This document shows, one piece after another, positions 20,859 through 30,810 of a stretch of DNA of 64,000 bases. The number at the start of each line of letters is the position of its first letter. Position 1 is the first letter of the stretch. Source of the DNA: Candidatus Shapirobacteria bacterium (lineage in GTDB: Bacteria; Patescibacteriota; Microgenomatia; UBA12405); the NCBI GenBank assembly GCA_041659325.1, contig JBAZYN010000003.1, forward strand, positions 7,296-71,295, in the 5' to 3' direction. The position numbers were made by a program, and so were the translations under genes. The notes under the pieces were generated by a model, which did no database searches, had not been told where the DNA came from, and saw only the letters and a list, made by a program, of their open reading frames with translations.

Positions 20859-22649
20859 ATGCTGAGAAAAAATACACAGGCGACCGAAAAAGATATTCTT
20901 GATGTTTTAATGGAAAACACCGATGCTCATTTGGCGTATCTTGATAATAATTTTAATTTTTTGAAGGTAAATTCCGCTTATGCCAAAGGATCCGGCGTTT
21001 TAAAAAAGGATCTGATTGGCAAGAATCATTTTGACCTTTTCCCCAGCCGTGAAAATCAGAAAATCTTTGAGAAAGTCAGGAAGTCGGGTAGAACGGTGAG
21101 ATATCGGGCTAAACCATTTGTTAACCCGGTTGATCCGGAAAAGATGACGACTTACTGGGACTGGTCTTTGACTCCGATTAAAGATGGTGAGAAAAAAGTT
21201 ATTGGGTTGGTATTTTCTCTGATGAACGTGACGGATTATAAAAGAACTGAAGAGAATTTGCGAAGAAGCGAGGGTAAGTACCGTAAACTTTTTGATAATA
21301 TGGTGGATGCTTTTGCCTACCACAAGATGATCTTTGATCAAAAGGGGAAACCTATTGATTATGTATTTTTGGAGTTTAACCGAGCTTTTGAGGTGGCAAC
21401 CGGACTAAAGAAAAAAACCGCTATCGGGAAAAGGGTGACGGAAGTGCTGCCAGGGATAAAAGACGGTGATTTTGACTGGATTGGGAAATACGGCCAGGTA
21501 GCTAAAACCGGAAAAAAAATTAAATTTGAGCGATATTTTGAACCATTAAATAAGTGGTTTAGTATTACAGCCTACTGCCCGCGAAAGGGATATTTTGCCA
21601 CTACGTTTAAAGATATAACCGGACGGATTAATACGGAGAAAAAGTTAAAACACCTGGCCTCTTTCCCGCGCTTCAATCCCGAGCCAGTGCTAGAGTTGGA
21701 CTTTGCCGGACAAGTGACATATGCCAATGCCTCGGTATATCAAGTCCTAAAAGAAGCGTGGTTGGGTCAAAACGCCCGGTTGTTTTTGCCGACAGATATC
21801 GGTGAGATAGTTGATACTTTAAGAAAAAGAAATGGTGTCTCATCTGTTTTAAAGGAGGTTAAGGTGGGTAACAAATATTTTGATTTGAAGATTTATCACC
21901 TGGTGAAACTAGGCTTAGTAAGAATTTACGGACACGATATTACCAACAGAAAGAAGATTGAACAGCAAAAAGACGAGTTTTTTAGTATTGCCAGCCATGA
22001 ACTAAAAACTCCGTTGACCAGTATTAAGGCATTTTTACAGCTAATACAAAGGACGTGTAAGGGAGTATGCAACCCGCAAATGGGGCACTATCATGAGAGA
22101 GTGGCCGTCCAAATAGACAAATTGACACATTTGATAAATGATCTTTTGGACATAAGTAAAATTCAGAGTAAAAAAATGGAGATGGCCAAGGAAAAAATTA
22201 AGATTGACAAATTAATTCAAGAAGTGGCGGAAGATGTTCAAATGACGGCCAGTAACGGGCACGAAATAATTGTTAAAAGTAAGGTCGGAGCCACAATTTT
22301 GGGTGACTCTTATCGAATCGGTCAAGTATTGTCCAATCTGTTGGTTAACGCAGTCAAATATTCACCCGACGCCAATAGAGTGGAGGTTTCGGCTAAACGG
22401 AAAGACGGGATGGTAGTTATTAGCGTTAAAGATTTTGGACTAGGGATAGCAAAAGATAAACAAAAAAAGATCTTTGAACGTTTTTATCAAATTCAACCTA
22501 GCCCGGATTTTTTGGGAAATTTTTCGTCTCTTGGATTGGGACTTTTTATTTCGGCAGAAATTGTGCGAAATCATGGTGGGAAAATCGGGTTAAGAAGTGA
22601 AACCGGGAAAGGCTCAACTTTTTATTTTAGTTTACCGGAGAAAAACTAA
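20859..22649 (+). CDS. cytoplasmic multi-PAS sensor histidine kinase
   Basis: PAS/PAC repeats, SHELKTPLT H-box, N-box NAVKYS, DFGLGI and GLGL G-boxes; no TM segment. Confidence 0.95.
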   Translation: MLRKNTQATEKDILDVLMENTDAHLAYLDNNFNFLKVNSAYAKGSGVLKKDLIGKNHFDLFPSRENQKIFEKVRKSGRTVRYRAKPFVNPVDPEKMTTYWDWSLTPIKDGEKKVIGLVFSLMNVTDYKRTEENLRRSEGKYRKLFDNMVDAFAYHKMIFDQKGKPIDYVFLEFNRAFEVATGLKKKTAIGKRVTEVLPGIKDGDFDWIGKYGQVAKTGKKIKFERYFEPLNKWFSITAYCPRKGYFATTFKDITGRINTEKKLKHLASFPRFNPEPVLELDFAGQVTYANASVYQVLKEAWLGQNARLFLPTDIGEIVDTLRKRNGVSSVLKEVKVGNKYFDLKIYHLVKLGLVRIYGHDITNRKKIEQQKDEFFSIASHELKTPLTSIKAFLQLIQRTCKGVCNPQMGHYHERVAVQIDKLTHLINDLLDISKIQSKKMEMAKEKIKIDKLIQEVAEDVQMTASNGHEIIVKSKVGATILGDSYRIGQVLSNLLVNAVKYSPDANRVEVSAKRKDGMVVISVKDFGLGIAKDKQKKIFERFYQIQPSPDFLGNFSSLGLGLFISAEIVRNHGGKIGLRSETGKGSTFYFSLPEKN

Positions 22650-23024
22650 ATGAAAAAAATTCTTATTGTTGATGATGATGAGGCAATTTTGGAAGTCTTG
22701 AAAGCGATAACGGAAATGGCGGGTTACGGCGTACAAACGGCAACATGTGGGGAAGAAGCTTTGACAGTGGTTCAAAATGAGCGACCGGACCTGATAGTTT
22801 TGGATATGCTAATGCCAGGGATTAGTGGGAAACAAGTGTGCGAATACTTAAAAATGAATCCAAAGACTAAAAGAATTCCGGTAGTGATGATTTCCGCTAA
22901 TCTAAGAGATCAAGACTTTAGGCAGAAACCCTGGGCGGAAGAATTTTTGGAAAAACCGCTTGATATGGACAGATATCTGAAAACAATTTCCAGAGAATTG
23001 GAGAAAACGGGGGCTATTGCCTGA
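22650..23024 (+). CDS. single-domain response regulator
   Basis: ILIVDDD, LDMLMP and KP receiver motifs. Confidence 0.93.
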   Translation: MKKILIVDDDEAILEVLKAITEMAGYGVQTATCGEEALTVVQNERPDLIVLDMLMPGISGKQVCEYLKMNPKTKRIPVVMISANLRDQDFRQKPWAEEFLEKPLDMDRYLKTISRELEKTGAIA

Positions 23025-23682
23025 TGGTATAACCAAAGCCCCGAACACACTGGATTAACTTATGTTTGGATTGACCATCGACTTTTTTGCGAAGATAACC
23101 GATATACACATCGATTACCCGAGTCTGAACTTCAAAATCATAAGACCAGACACGATTTAGAATTGCCTCGCGGCTTACGACTTTACCTTGATTCATCATT
23201 AGGTACTCGAGCAAATTAAATTCTGTCGGACTAAGACTGATTTTTTTATCACCTCGGGTAACGTCATAGGTTTTGGTGTTGATAGTAAGGTCGGCAACGG
23301 TTAATTTGGAGCCTACTCCGGGTTGACGCAAGCGAGTCTTGATCCTGGCCAACAATTCATCCAGATCAAATGGTTTGGGGACATAATCGTCAGCGCCCAG
23401 ACCCAAGCCTTTGGCAGCGTCTTTTGGAGTATTTTTGGCGGTCAAAATAATTACGGGAAGCTCGGGGGAATATTGTTTAAATCTGGAGCAAACGGTTTCA
23501 CCGGAGATATCGGGCAAACCCAAGTCGAGTATTACCAGGTCAGGAGTGTTTTCTTCAAATTTTTTTAGGGCCTGGCCGCCCGTAAAAGCCTGGTCTACCA
23601 AGTAATTGTTTTCTAAAAGAAAAGTTTTTAGGGGGGTTTGCAAGTCTACGTTGTCTTCTACTAGAAGGATTTTACTTTTCAT
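23014..23682 (-). CDS. OmpR/PhoB-family DNA-binding response regulator
   Basis: Receiver domain plus winged helix (IDVYIGYLRKK, VRGFGY). Confidence 0.95.
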   Translation of the reverse strand: MKSKILLVEDNVDLQTPLKTFLLENNYLVDQAFTGGQALKKFEENTPDLVILDLGLPDISGETVCSRFKQYSPELPVIILTAKNTPKDAAKGLGLGADDYVPKPFDLDELLARIKTRLRQPGVGSKLTVADLTINTKTYDVTRGDKKISLSPTEFNLLEYLMMNQGKVVSREAILNRVWSYDFEVQTRVIDVYIGYLRKKVDGQSKHKLIQCVRGFGYTIRQ

Positions 23683-23871
23683 TGCTTGGATGGATTATAC
23701 CATTTATGCATTAAGGTATCTTATCGGTGCTACGTTAGGAGAATTTTAAAATTATGTAAGATATATGTAAGAGTAAAAAAACAAAAATCTTCTTACCGTT
23801 TTTTTACCTTTTAGTAACAGATCTTTTAACATGGTTTGTAAAAATGTAGTTAATTATAAATTTAGAAAAGC

Positions 23872-24048
23872 ATGAAACAGACAATGAATCAAAGAAAAGA
23901 TGCGGGTGAGGATAGACTTAATATATTTTTTGGCGGCCTGGAGGGTCTAAGCAGTAGCGAGAAGGCAAAAGCCAAAGTGGTGGTACTGGCAATAATGTCG
24001 AAGTATTATGACAAGATCGCCGCGGCCACGGGAGCCGGCAAATATTGA
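23872..24048 (+). CDS. putative 58-aa protein divergent from the regulator
   Basis: Manual translation MKQTMNQRKDAGEDRLNIFFGGLEGLSSSEKAKAKVVVLAIMSKYYDKIAAATGAGKY, followed by a hairpin. Confidence 0.5.
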   Translation: MKQTMNQRKDAGEDRLNIFFGGLEGLSSSEKAKAKVVVLAIMSKYYDKIAAATGAGKY

Positions 24049-24063
24049 GCCGGCAGGTAGTGT

Positions 24064-24098
24064 CACCATAGACCTATGGGAAATCTAGGTCTATGGTG
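24064..24098. terminator. 13-bp perfect stem-loop, possible terminator
   Basis: CACCATAGACCTA / TAGGTCTATGGTG; no clear U-tract. Confidence 0.5.
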
Positions 24099-24150
24099 GT
24101 GAGGAAGGTATCGGTGGGAATTTTGGGCGAGAAGTAATATACTCAAGAGA

Positions 24151-25356
24151 ATGAAGAAAGTGGGGATATTAACTTGGTTTGTAATAATTTTTCTATTTAT
24201 GCCCCTAAATAGAGTTCGAGCCGACGACGGCGGGCCGGATACCAATTTTTGGGTTAAGGATAATAAAATCACCTGTTTTAGCGTAGTCAACCCGGAAAGT
24301 ATATCCCCTGACTCATTTCTTCTTTTTGATTATTCCCGCTCTATTGGTGAAAACCTAGGGAAACCCTGGTCAATAATAGAGAAAGGCCGATGCTATCAAA
24401 TCGATAAAAGCTATGAAACATCCGGTCAAATTATTGGTGGAAGTGAAATCTATCAGGTTAAAATAGTTGATGGCAGCGAAAAAAAATATTACTCCGATTA
24501 CCACAACTTCTCTCCATCCCAAAACCTTCAAGAGGGAATTAATGTAACCCCGATTGAATGGTTCCGGAGGGAAATTGGTATCAGCATGGATGAGTATCTT
24601 CATTTTACCGGCATTCACGCCGAAAGTTTATTTCCTACCAAGTATGTGGCCGGCTACCCCTTTACAAGTTTTACTTCTAATCAGACCGAGGAATTTGGAG
24701 CAATTCTTGATGATGCAACTTTTATTGCTGCCGATAATCTATATCAGCAACTCGCCACCGGGCTTGAAACTGCCATCCAAACGTGCGATAGCCGGAAACG
24801 GATAGAATATCAATTTGAAGTCGCTTCCGATAAGAACCTTAGCCTGGGGAAAATTATTTGGAAACTTGAAAATAATTTTAATTATGTAATTAACCCTAAC
24901 CAATCCGATACAAGAGCGAGCAATGGTTATGAATTACCGCTGGTATTTGAGCGACTGCAACTGATGGGCTGCCAAAAAGCATTTGGAGAATACGAAACGG
25001 CGCATAAAAGTGACTTTGCCCGTTTTGATTTGCTAGCAGATCAACTTAGAGAAAAATACCCCACATCACCCGGGGGCTGGATTGGGCTAAACTTGAGTAA
25101 ACGTGATGATCGGGATTTGGAACTTATAGGGGCTTTTGCTAATAATTCATATGTCCCCGAAAAAACTTTGCCATTGCCAACAGTGGTTTCTGACAAAGAA
25201 ACTAAGTCTACGGTCTTGGATGAGCCGACGGCTGAGAAAAAAACCGATATTATCCGAAACTCGAACAGTTCCATTTTGGCTGTTTATTTTCTTATGCCTT
25301 TTATTGCGGCGGCCGGGATTACCTGGTTTTTCTTGAAAAAAAGAAAGCGCCACTAA
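24151..25356 (+). CDS. secreted protein with C-terminal TM anchor and basic tail
   Basis: N-terminal signal peptide; C-terminal hydrophobic helix followed by KKRKRH. Confidence 0.75.
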   Translation: MKKVGILTWFVIIFLFMPLNRVRADDGGPDTNFWVKDNKITCFSVVNPESISPDSFLLFDYSRSIGENLGKPWSIIEKGRCYQIDKSYETSGQIIGGSEIYQVKIVDGSEKKYYSDYHNFSPSQNLQEGINVTPIEWFRREIGISMDEYLHFTGIHAESLFPTKYVAGYPFTSFTSNQTEEFGAILDDATFIAADNLYQQLATGLETAIQTCDSRKRIEYQFEVASDKNLSLGKIIWKLENNFNYVINPNQSDTRASNGYELPLVFERLQLMGCQKAFGEYETAHKSDFARFDLLADQLREKYPTSPGGWIGLNLSKRDDRDLELIGAFANNSYVPEKTLPLPTVVSDKETKSTVLDEPTAEKKTDIIRNSNSSILAVYFLMPFIAAAGITWFFLKKRKRH

Positions 25357-25694
25357 TGACTACCGAGCAGGAAATATTTTTGGCCTTTGCCATAACTCTG
25401 GTGACCGAACTGACATTGATTCTTGCCATTCAAAGACCGGGGGATTGGCAAAAATGGATAGCGGGGATATTGCTTATTAACTGCTTTACTCACCCCATAG
25501 TCATATATTTACTCCATTTTCAAAATTGGCCATATTTGTTGGTCGAGGCAGGAGTGATTCTGACGGAAGCGGTGTGGTATAGGAAATTTTTTTCAATAAG
25601 CCCCAGGCGGGCCATGCTCGTCTCGTTTGTGGCTAATATTTTTTCAATTTTTATGGGAATGGTTGCCAGAAAGTGGGTTGAATTTATGACCTAA
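25356..25694 (+). CDS. small integral membrane protein
   Basis: About 4 TM segments; TAATG overlap with the upstream gene. Confidence 0.7.
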   Translation: MTTEQEIFLAFAITLVTELTLILAIQRPGDWQKWIAGILLINCFTHPIVIYLLHFQNWPYLLVEAGVILTEAVWYRKFFSISPRRAMLVSFVANIFSIFMGMVARKWVEFMT

Positions 25695-25821
25695 CCACCG
25701 TCTTTGTGTTGTTTTGGATGGTTCGATGGCCTTTGCGATGTACTTGACTAAACACTGCTCTTTTTGGAAATCAAAAACGGTGGTGGGACGTATGTTTTCT
25801 AAAATTTTTTAATTATTTAGG

Positions 25822-28800
25822 CTACCAACACCACCAAAGGAAACATGTCTTTTGGGGTAAGGGGGTTTTGGCTGGCTTGGGGGTAGGTGTATCGGCCACT
25901 ACCAGGGAAGGGGGCGGTGAAGGTGATTGTTTTGAAGCCGGATTTTTGGAGGGTGTTTTGGGGCTAATAACTGAAACAATTTTGGAAATGATTTTTTTCA
26001 AGATAGTGGTTTTTTTGTAATAGGTTTGGGGTTTACCGGTATCCTTTTGGATAGTTTTTGCTTTTACTATGTTGCTCCACACCCCGGTCTGGCAGCCATT
26101 TTGCCCACGAAGCTTGAAGTAATAGGTGGTGTTGGGTTTAAGGGAGTTAACCGTAAAATTTTGGACACCTTCACGGGCCAGAGAGACACGGGCACCATGG
26201 TCTTCGGCTGTTGGCAGAGCGGAAAAACTGATATAGAATTCCGTGGTATCGGAAATGGGAGTGAAAAATAATTTGGCAGTAGTGGCAGTTACATTGATTT
26301 GAAATAAATCGGGAATTGAAGCAGGCTGAGGGTCGGAACAACCCGGAACGGAATTAGTGGCATTGGATGAGGCTTGACTGGTAGTGGCCGAATTGGCCGC
26401 GGGAGTCGCGGTTGAGGTAGGGCTAGAAGTGGGCGTTGAGGTGGGAGTGGGGGTTAAAGTAGGGGTAGGAGAGGGCGGGAGAGGGGGGCCAAAAATGCCA
26501 AAAATGGAAAAATCGGAAGTTTGGCAAGTAACCGTGCGACTGTTTTGATTGACAGTGCAATTGTCTAATTCGTGCCAAAGAGAGCCATCGTGACGATATA
26601 TTTTGAGACCTGATTCATTGATATTTGTAACATCGTCGGCTCCGTAGGACAGGGTGATACTAAGAGGTAGCTCAAATTGGGAAATAGTTGAGGAGGCAGA
26701 TGTAAGGGCAGAAAGCCGGACTAGAAAATTTCCGATTAATTGATGATTGGATGGTGCTGAAATTGAGGCGATGATCGGGTCTTTGTTTAGCTGTAGCGCC
26801 TGGAAAGTAGCATTTGATTGAGAAAAGCCGGAGGGAATATTGACAACTAAACTGCCGTCGGAGTTGGAAAAGGACTGAGTTGCCCCAATATTTGCGGCAA
26901 CACTGAGAATATTTGAATCTAAAACCGTAGCTGAATTGGGACAGCCAGTGGTAATAAAACTGGCAATGCTACTTTGGCCGGTGGCACTATAAGCACTGGT
27001 GGAAACAGTCCGGTAATAATATTTTGTACAAGAAAGCAGGCTGCCAATTTGGACGCTATGATTATAAACTCGGGTTGAGATATCCTCTTCGTCGGTAGCA
27101 GAAGGAACTGAACTGTTGACACCAAAAACCACTTTAGATGAGGTGAGCAGGTCAGTGTGCCAGGTAAAAGAGGCACTATTATTATCGTAATCTGACAGTG
27201 AAACACTAGTTATGGCCGGGGGGGAACCGTCGGCAACATTGACGCTGGTCGGAGTAGAGAGAACAGTTTTGTCGCGGACCAGAAAATAACTGTAGATTTC
27301 TGTGGCCGGAGCCACCCAGACTTCGTCTGATCCTCCGGGGCCATAGTTGTCGTAAACATGATCGATTACCTGCCCCAGAGAGGCTTCTTTGTTGCCGTGA
27401 GTCAGAGTGTTTAACCAAAAATGACGTGAAGAAGAGGCGTTGGCCGACATCCAATCCATGATTGAATTGGTTACCGAATAATCGGTCTCGATACTCATAT
27501 CCCGGCCGATTTTAATTGTGTCTGAATCAACCGCCAAGGCGACCCGACCGGAATTGCTGTAACTGGCAGCATCTTGGTCAATTCTCATAAGGCCGTTTGA
27601 TTGCGATTCGTTGTACATTATACTGGTAGCGGCGGCCGTTCTCATAGCCAGAACATAGGCATCATACGCAGAGACAAAACATGGGGCGGCAAATCCCAAG
27701 ACTTTGTAACCGGGTACTGATGAAGCACTAACGATTTCCATTATTTTGTTATAGCCGTTTAGAATGGTGTTTTCCATAAATTCCGGATCAGAAATTTGGT
27801 CTCCCACACACTGATGATTATAGGTGTGGTTACTTAAGGCCCAACCCTGCTGAAGAAGGGTGGTCAAAACGGGCTTGTCATAGATCCAACTTTCGTTTCT
27901 GGCATCCTGAATGATATTGCCGATTAAATTAAAAGTCCCCCGCCAGTTTTTTGAATTGAGCAAGGCAACTTGGGCCGCCAAATTAACATTGTCGTCCATC
28001 CCGTGCGACCAGGCAAAGCTTTTGTGGTCTTTTAGGGCTGATTTGCTTACCGTAAATACAGTTGGATCTGAGGGATTTTTTATAAGTAACTCAAATGAAT
28101 TTTGGGGGGAGGTAAACCAAAGGTCGCCGGTAAGGGAGCTATAGTGACTGACAACCGTAGTGTCTCCGGTTGTTACGGTCGCCTCGTCAACTGTGCCCAG
28201 ATGGACAAGATAGGTCAACTGCTGATAATACAGACTGGGGACAGCTGACTTGTCGGCGGTAAAAGACAGGGTGTAATAAATCGGATTGGCTAAAACTTCG
28301 ACACTGACTGAAGCCTGGGCGGTGTGATTGTTGCCATCTGAGACAGTATAAGTAAAGGTGTCATCGCCTAAAAATCCGGCGGTGGGAGTATAAATGATTT
28401 GAGTGCCGGAGATAACAGCTGTGCCGTGGCCCGGAGCGGAAACCGAGTCTAACGTCAGGACATCATTGTCGGGGTCGGTGTCGTTGCTGAGCGGACTAAA
28501 AGTGGCTTGGGTATTGGTAACGATGGAATCGTTTTGAGGGGTCGGAGAGGAGTTTGAATACACATAAGAAATATCCAAAGTAGGCTTTGGCTCGGAGCCG
28601 GTGTAATCGGCGGTGAAAAAGGTGGAGGTTGACCAGGTAGTACTATTATTGTTACCAACCCATAACAAAATTGAATTGCCAGAGACCCAATCGGACCGAT
28701 TGATAACCGTTTGGAGGACCGAAGTTAGATCGGGAGAAGTGATACCGGTGCCGAAAGTGCCAAGAGGGACGGCGCTCCAGTCAACATATTGGCTAGTTAA

Positions 28801-30681
28801 TTGCTCCTGTTTTGTCAAAAAGGTGGCGGAATCGGTGGGTATAGTAGGAGAAGCGGCGTTGACAGCTTTGATTCGGACATTTACGGTATCGGCGCCTGAT
28901 CCGGATAGAGTTAGTCTGAGCTTGGCAGAACTTAAGTTAGTGCCCCGGGCGATAGTAACGTTTTCAAAGAGAAAAAAGTGATTGGTAGACTGGTTACTGC
29001 TTTTGCCTAACTGAGCGGTAGTTTCGGTGTTGTGAAAGGTATCGACAATTAGGTGACAGTCGTGAGATCCCGAAGCAATGCTTTTGGAAAAATTAGCAAC
29101 TGTTAGATTAGCGATATCCTCGATTTTGGCGGTGTTGTTTGATGTATAAGTTGTCTCGTTTGCCAGGTTATCACCGACATCATACTTATATTGGTAACAA
29201 TTGCCCAAAACTACGGTGTCGTCTGAATAATTTGGGTAAGTACCTGACAGATCGATAGTTGACCAGGAGCCATAGGAGCCACAGATCTGATCAGTCATGG
29301 TGGCTAAGCGGCGATAGAAAACCCGGCTTGAAGTATCAATGCCGGAACCCGAGTCGGTGCCATCGACCGCCGTAAAGCTAACGGAGGGGTTGACGTAAAA
29401 ACCGTCATTGTAACTCAAACTGCCGCCACTTGGCGGGGTGGTATCTATTTTTACGGTATTTGAGGCGGTTTTTGGTGATTCAGCCACACCGTTTGTATCG
29501 GTAGAAAAATATTTTAAGGTATAAACGCCGTCCATGAAAAAACTGACGGTGTTTCCCGAAGAAGAGCTTAGACTTGGGATTGACCCATCGGTGGTGTAGT
29601 AAGTGGAAGCACAACCCGGGCCACCGACGTTAGTGCAGGTGAGGGTGACGCTGACTATCCCACTATGCCAGGAAGAATCGGTATTGTCCGAAGTGGTGGG
29701 AACCAAGGGACCAACAATAAAATCCGGCGATGAACCTGCGGCAACAAAAGGGCTGCTACCGGCCGAGTTGGTAATTCGGGATTGCCAGTGATAGGACTGA
29801 CCGTAAGTCAAGCCCGTTACCGGGACAGAACCGGTCACGGCTGGTCCAACATACTCAAGGGGTAGACCAAAATAATTGGGGGTGCCGTCGAAAGAGACAC
29901 CAATTTGCCGAACTTCGACTTCCGGAGTCAGGGTATCCGAAGAATTTTCCGAATCCATGCTAAATTTGAGAACAACTTGATTTTCGGGAGTAGTTTCTCC
30001 GGCGGCCAATGCCGTTGACCCATCGCTTCGATATTGAGAAAGGGAGGAGGGAGAGTTGGGGATAACAACCGGAACGGAATAAGTAATGACAAGAGATGGT
30101 TTTGCCTCGGCGCCGGTGTGGTTGCCCATTATCACGGTCCGATTTGACCAGGCGGCAGAATTGTTGTCGTTTATAAAAATCTGGATGGAGTTTCCGGAAA
30201 CCCAATCTTGACGATTGACAATTTCTGCGATTATGGTCGAAAAGTCGGGAGAAGTAAACCCAACTCCCCAACCAACCGAGGGCAGATTGGTCCAGGGAAT
30301 TGTGGACGAAGTAAGGTTGCCCTGAAAGGTGGTAAATTCGTCCACGCTTGCCGGGGCAGTAGGGGAAGAAATGTTTTGGGCAGCAACAAGAAGGCTAACG
30401 GTTCCGGCGTTCGAGCCGGTAGCTGTAAAACCCATATAAGCGGAATCAATAGTGGAACCTTGGGGAACAGTAACATTGGTAAACAAGAAGAAAAATCTGG
30501 TCGGATTGTTGTTGGCCCGACCGAGTTGGGCGGTGGTATCGGTGGCAGAAAAGACACCGTTGGTTACCTTTGAGTCGTTTGGGCCGGAAGTGATTGACCT
30601 GGAAATGGTGGTAGCAGAATAAACGGACGTGGGTTTCAGGACAAGAAAACAAAAAAAGAACAAAAGCACTTTCCGCAACAT
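25822..30681 (-). CDS. large multidomain surface protein (duplicated beta domains, FN3/Ig-like, polysaccharide-deacetylase-like domain, P/T linker, C-terminal FN3, CFLWWCW tail)
   Basis: Signal peptide; two homologous ~170-aa domains (F.NVT..G....SA..WVSGNSI); Big_9-like NDTDPDND..G.DTFTY; deacetylase-like GMDD, NHTYNH; (PT)n linker. Confidence 0.85.
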   Translation of the reverse strand: MLRKVLLFFFCFLVLKPTSVYSATTISRSITSGPNDSKVTNGVFSATDTTAQLGRANNNPTRFFFLFTNVTVPQGSTIDSAYMGFTATGSNAGTVSLLVAAQNISSPTAPASVDEFTTFQGNLTSSTIPWTNLPSVGWGVGFTSPDFSTIIAEIVNRQDWVSGNSIQIFINDNNSAAWSNRTVIMGNHTGAEAKPSLVITYSVPVVIPNSPSSLSQYRSDGSTALAAGETTPENQVVLKFSMDSENSSDTLTPEVEVRQIGVSFDGTPNYFGLPLEYVGPAVTGSVPVTGLTYGQSYHWQSRITNSAGSSPFVAAGSSPDFIVGPLVPTTSDNTDSSWHSGIVSVTLTCTNVGGPGCASTYYTTDGSIPSLSSSSGNTVSFFMDGVYTLKYFSTDTNGVAESPKTASNTVKIDTTPPSGGSLSYNDGFYVNPSVSFTAVDGTDSGSGIDTSSRVFYRRLATMTDQICGSYGSWSTIDLSGTYPNYSDDTVVLGNCYQYKYDVGDNLANETTYTSNNTAKIEDIANLTVANFSKSIASGSHDCHLIVDTFHNTETTAQLGKSSNQSTNHFFLFENVTIARGTNLSSAKLRLTLSGSGADTVNVRIKAVNAASPTIPTDSATFLTKQEQLTSQYVDWSAVPLGTFGTGITSPDLTSVLQTVINRSDWVSGNSILLWVGNNNSTTWSTSTFFTADYTGSEPKPTLDISYVYSNSSPTPQNDSIVTNTQATFSPLSNDTDPDNDVLTLDSVSAPGHGTAVISGTQIIYTPTAGFLGDDTFTYTVSDGNNHTAQASVSVEVLANPIYYTLSFTADKSAVPSLYYQQLTYLVHLGTVDEATVTTGDTTVVSHYSSLTGDLWFTSPQNSFELLIKNPSDPTVFTVSKSALKDHKSFAWSHGMDDNVNLAAQVALLNSKNWRGTFNLIGNIIQDARNESWIYDKPVLTTLLQQGWALSNHTYNHQCVGDQISDPEFMENTILNGYNKIMEIVSASSVPGYKVLGFAAPCFVSAYDAYVLAMRTAAATSIMYNESQSNGLMRIDQDAASYSNSGRVALAVDSDTIKIGRDMSIETDYSVTNSIMDWMSANASSSRHFWLNTLTHGNKEASLGQVIDHVYDNYGPGGSDEVWVAPATEIYSYFLVRDKTVLSTPTSVNVADGSPPAITSVSLSDYDNNSASFTWHTDLLTSSKVVFGVNSSVPSATDEEDISTRVYNHSVQIGSLLSCTKYYYRTVSTSAYSATGQSSIASFITTGCPNSATVLDSNILSVAANIGATQSFSNSDGSLVVNIPSGFSQSNATFQALQLNKDPIIASISAPSNHQLIGNFLVRLSALTSASSTISQFELPLSITLSYGADDVTNINESGLKIYRHDGSLWHELDNCTVNQNSRTVTCQTSDFSIFGIFGPPLPPSPTPTLTPTPTSTPTSSPTSTATPAANSATTSQASSNATNSVPGCSDPQPASIPDLFQINVTATTAKLFFTPISDTTEFYISFSALPTAEDHGARVSLAREGVQNFTVNSLKPNTTYYFKLRGQNGCQTGVWSNIVKAKTIQKDTGKPQTYYKKTTILKKIISKIVSVISPKTPSKNPASKQSPSPPPSLVVADTPTPKPAKTPLPQKTCFLWWCW

Positions 30682-30810
30682 TGTTCAATTATAAACTAAA
30701 CGATGTCTATGAAAAAAAATTAAGGCAAAAATACACTATGCAATTAGTGTAGATTACCTACTCCGTTTTTTGAGTATTTGCCGCCTTGTTGAGAATTCGG
30801 TTGGAAGAAA

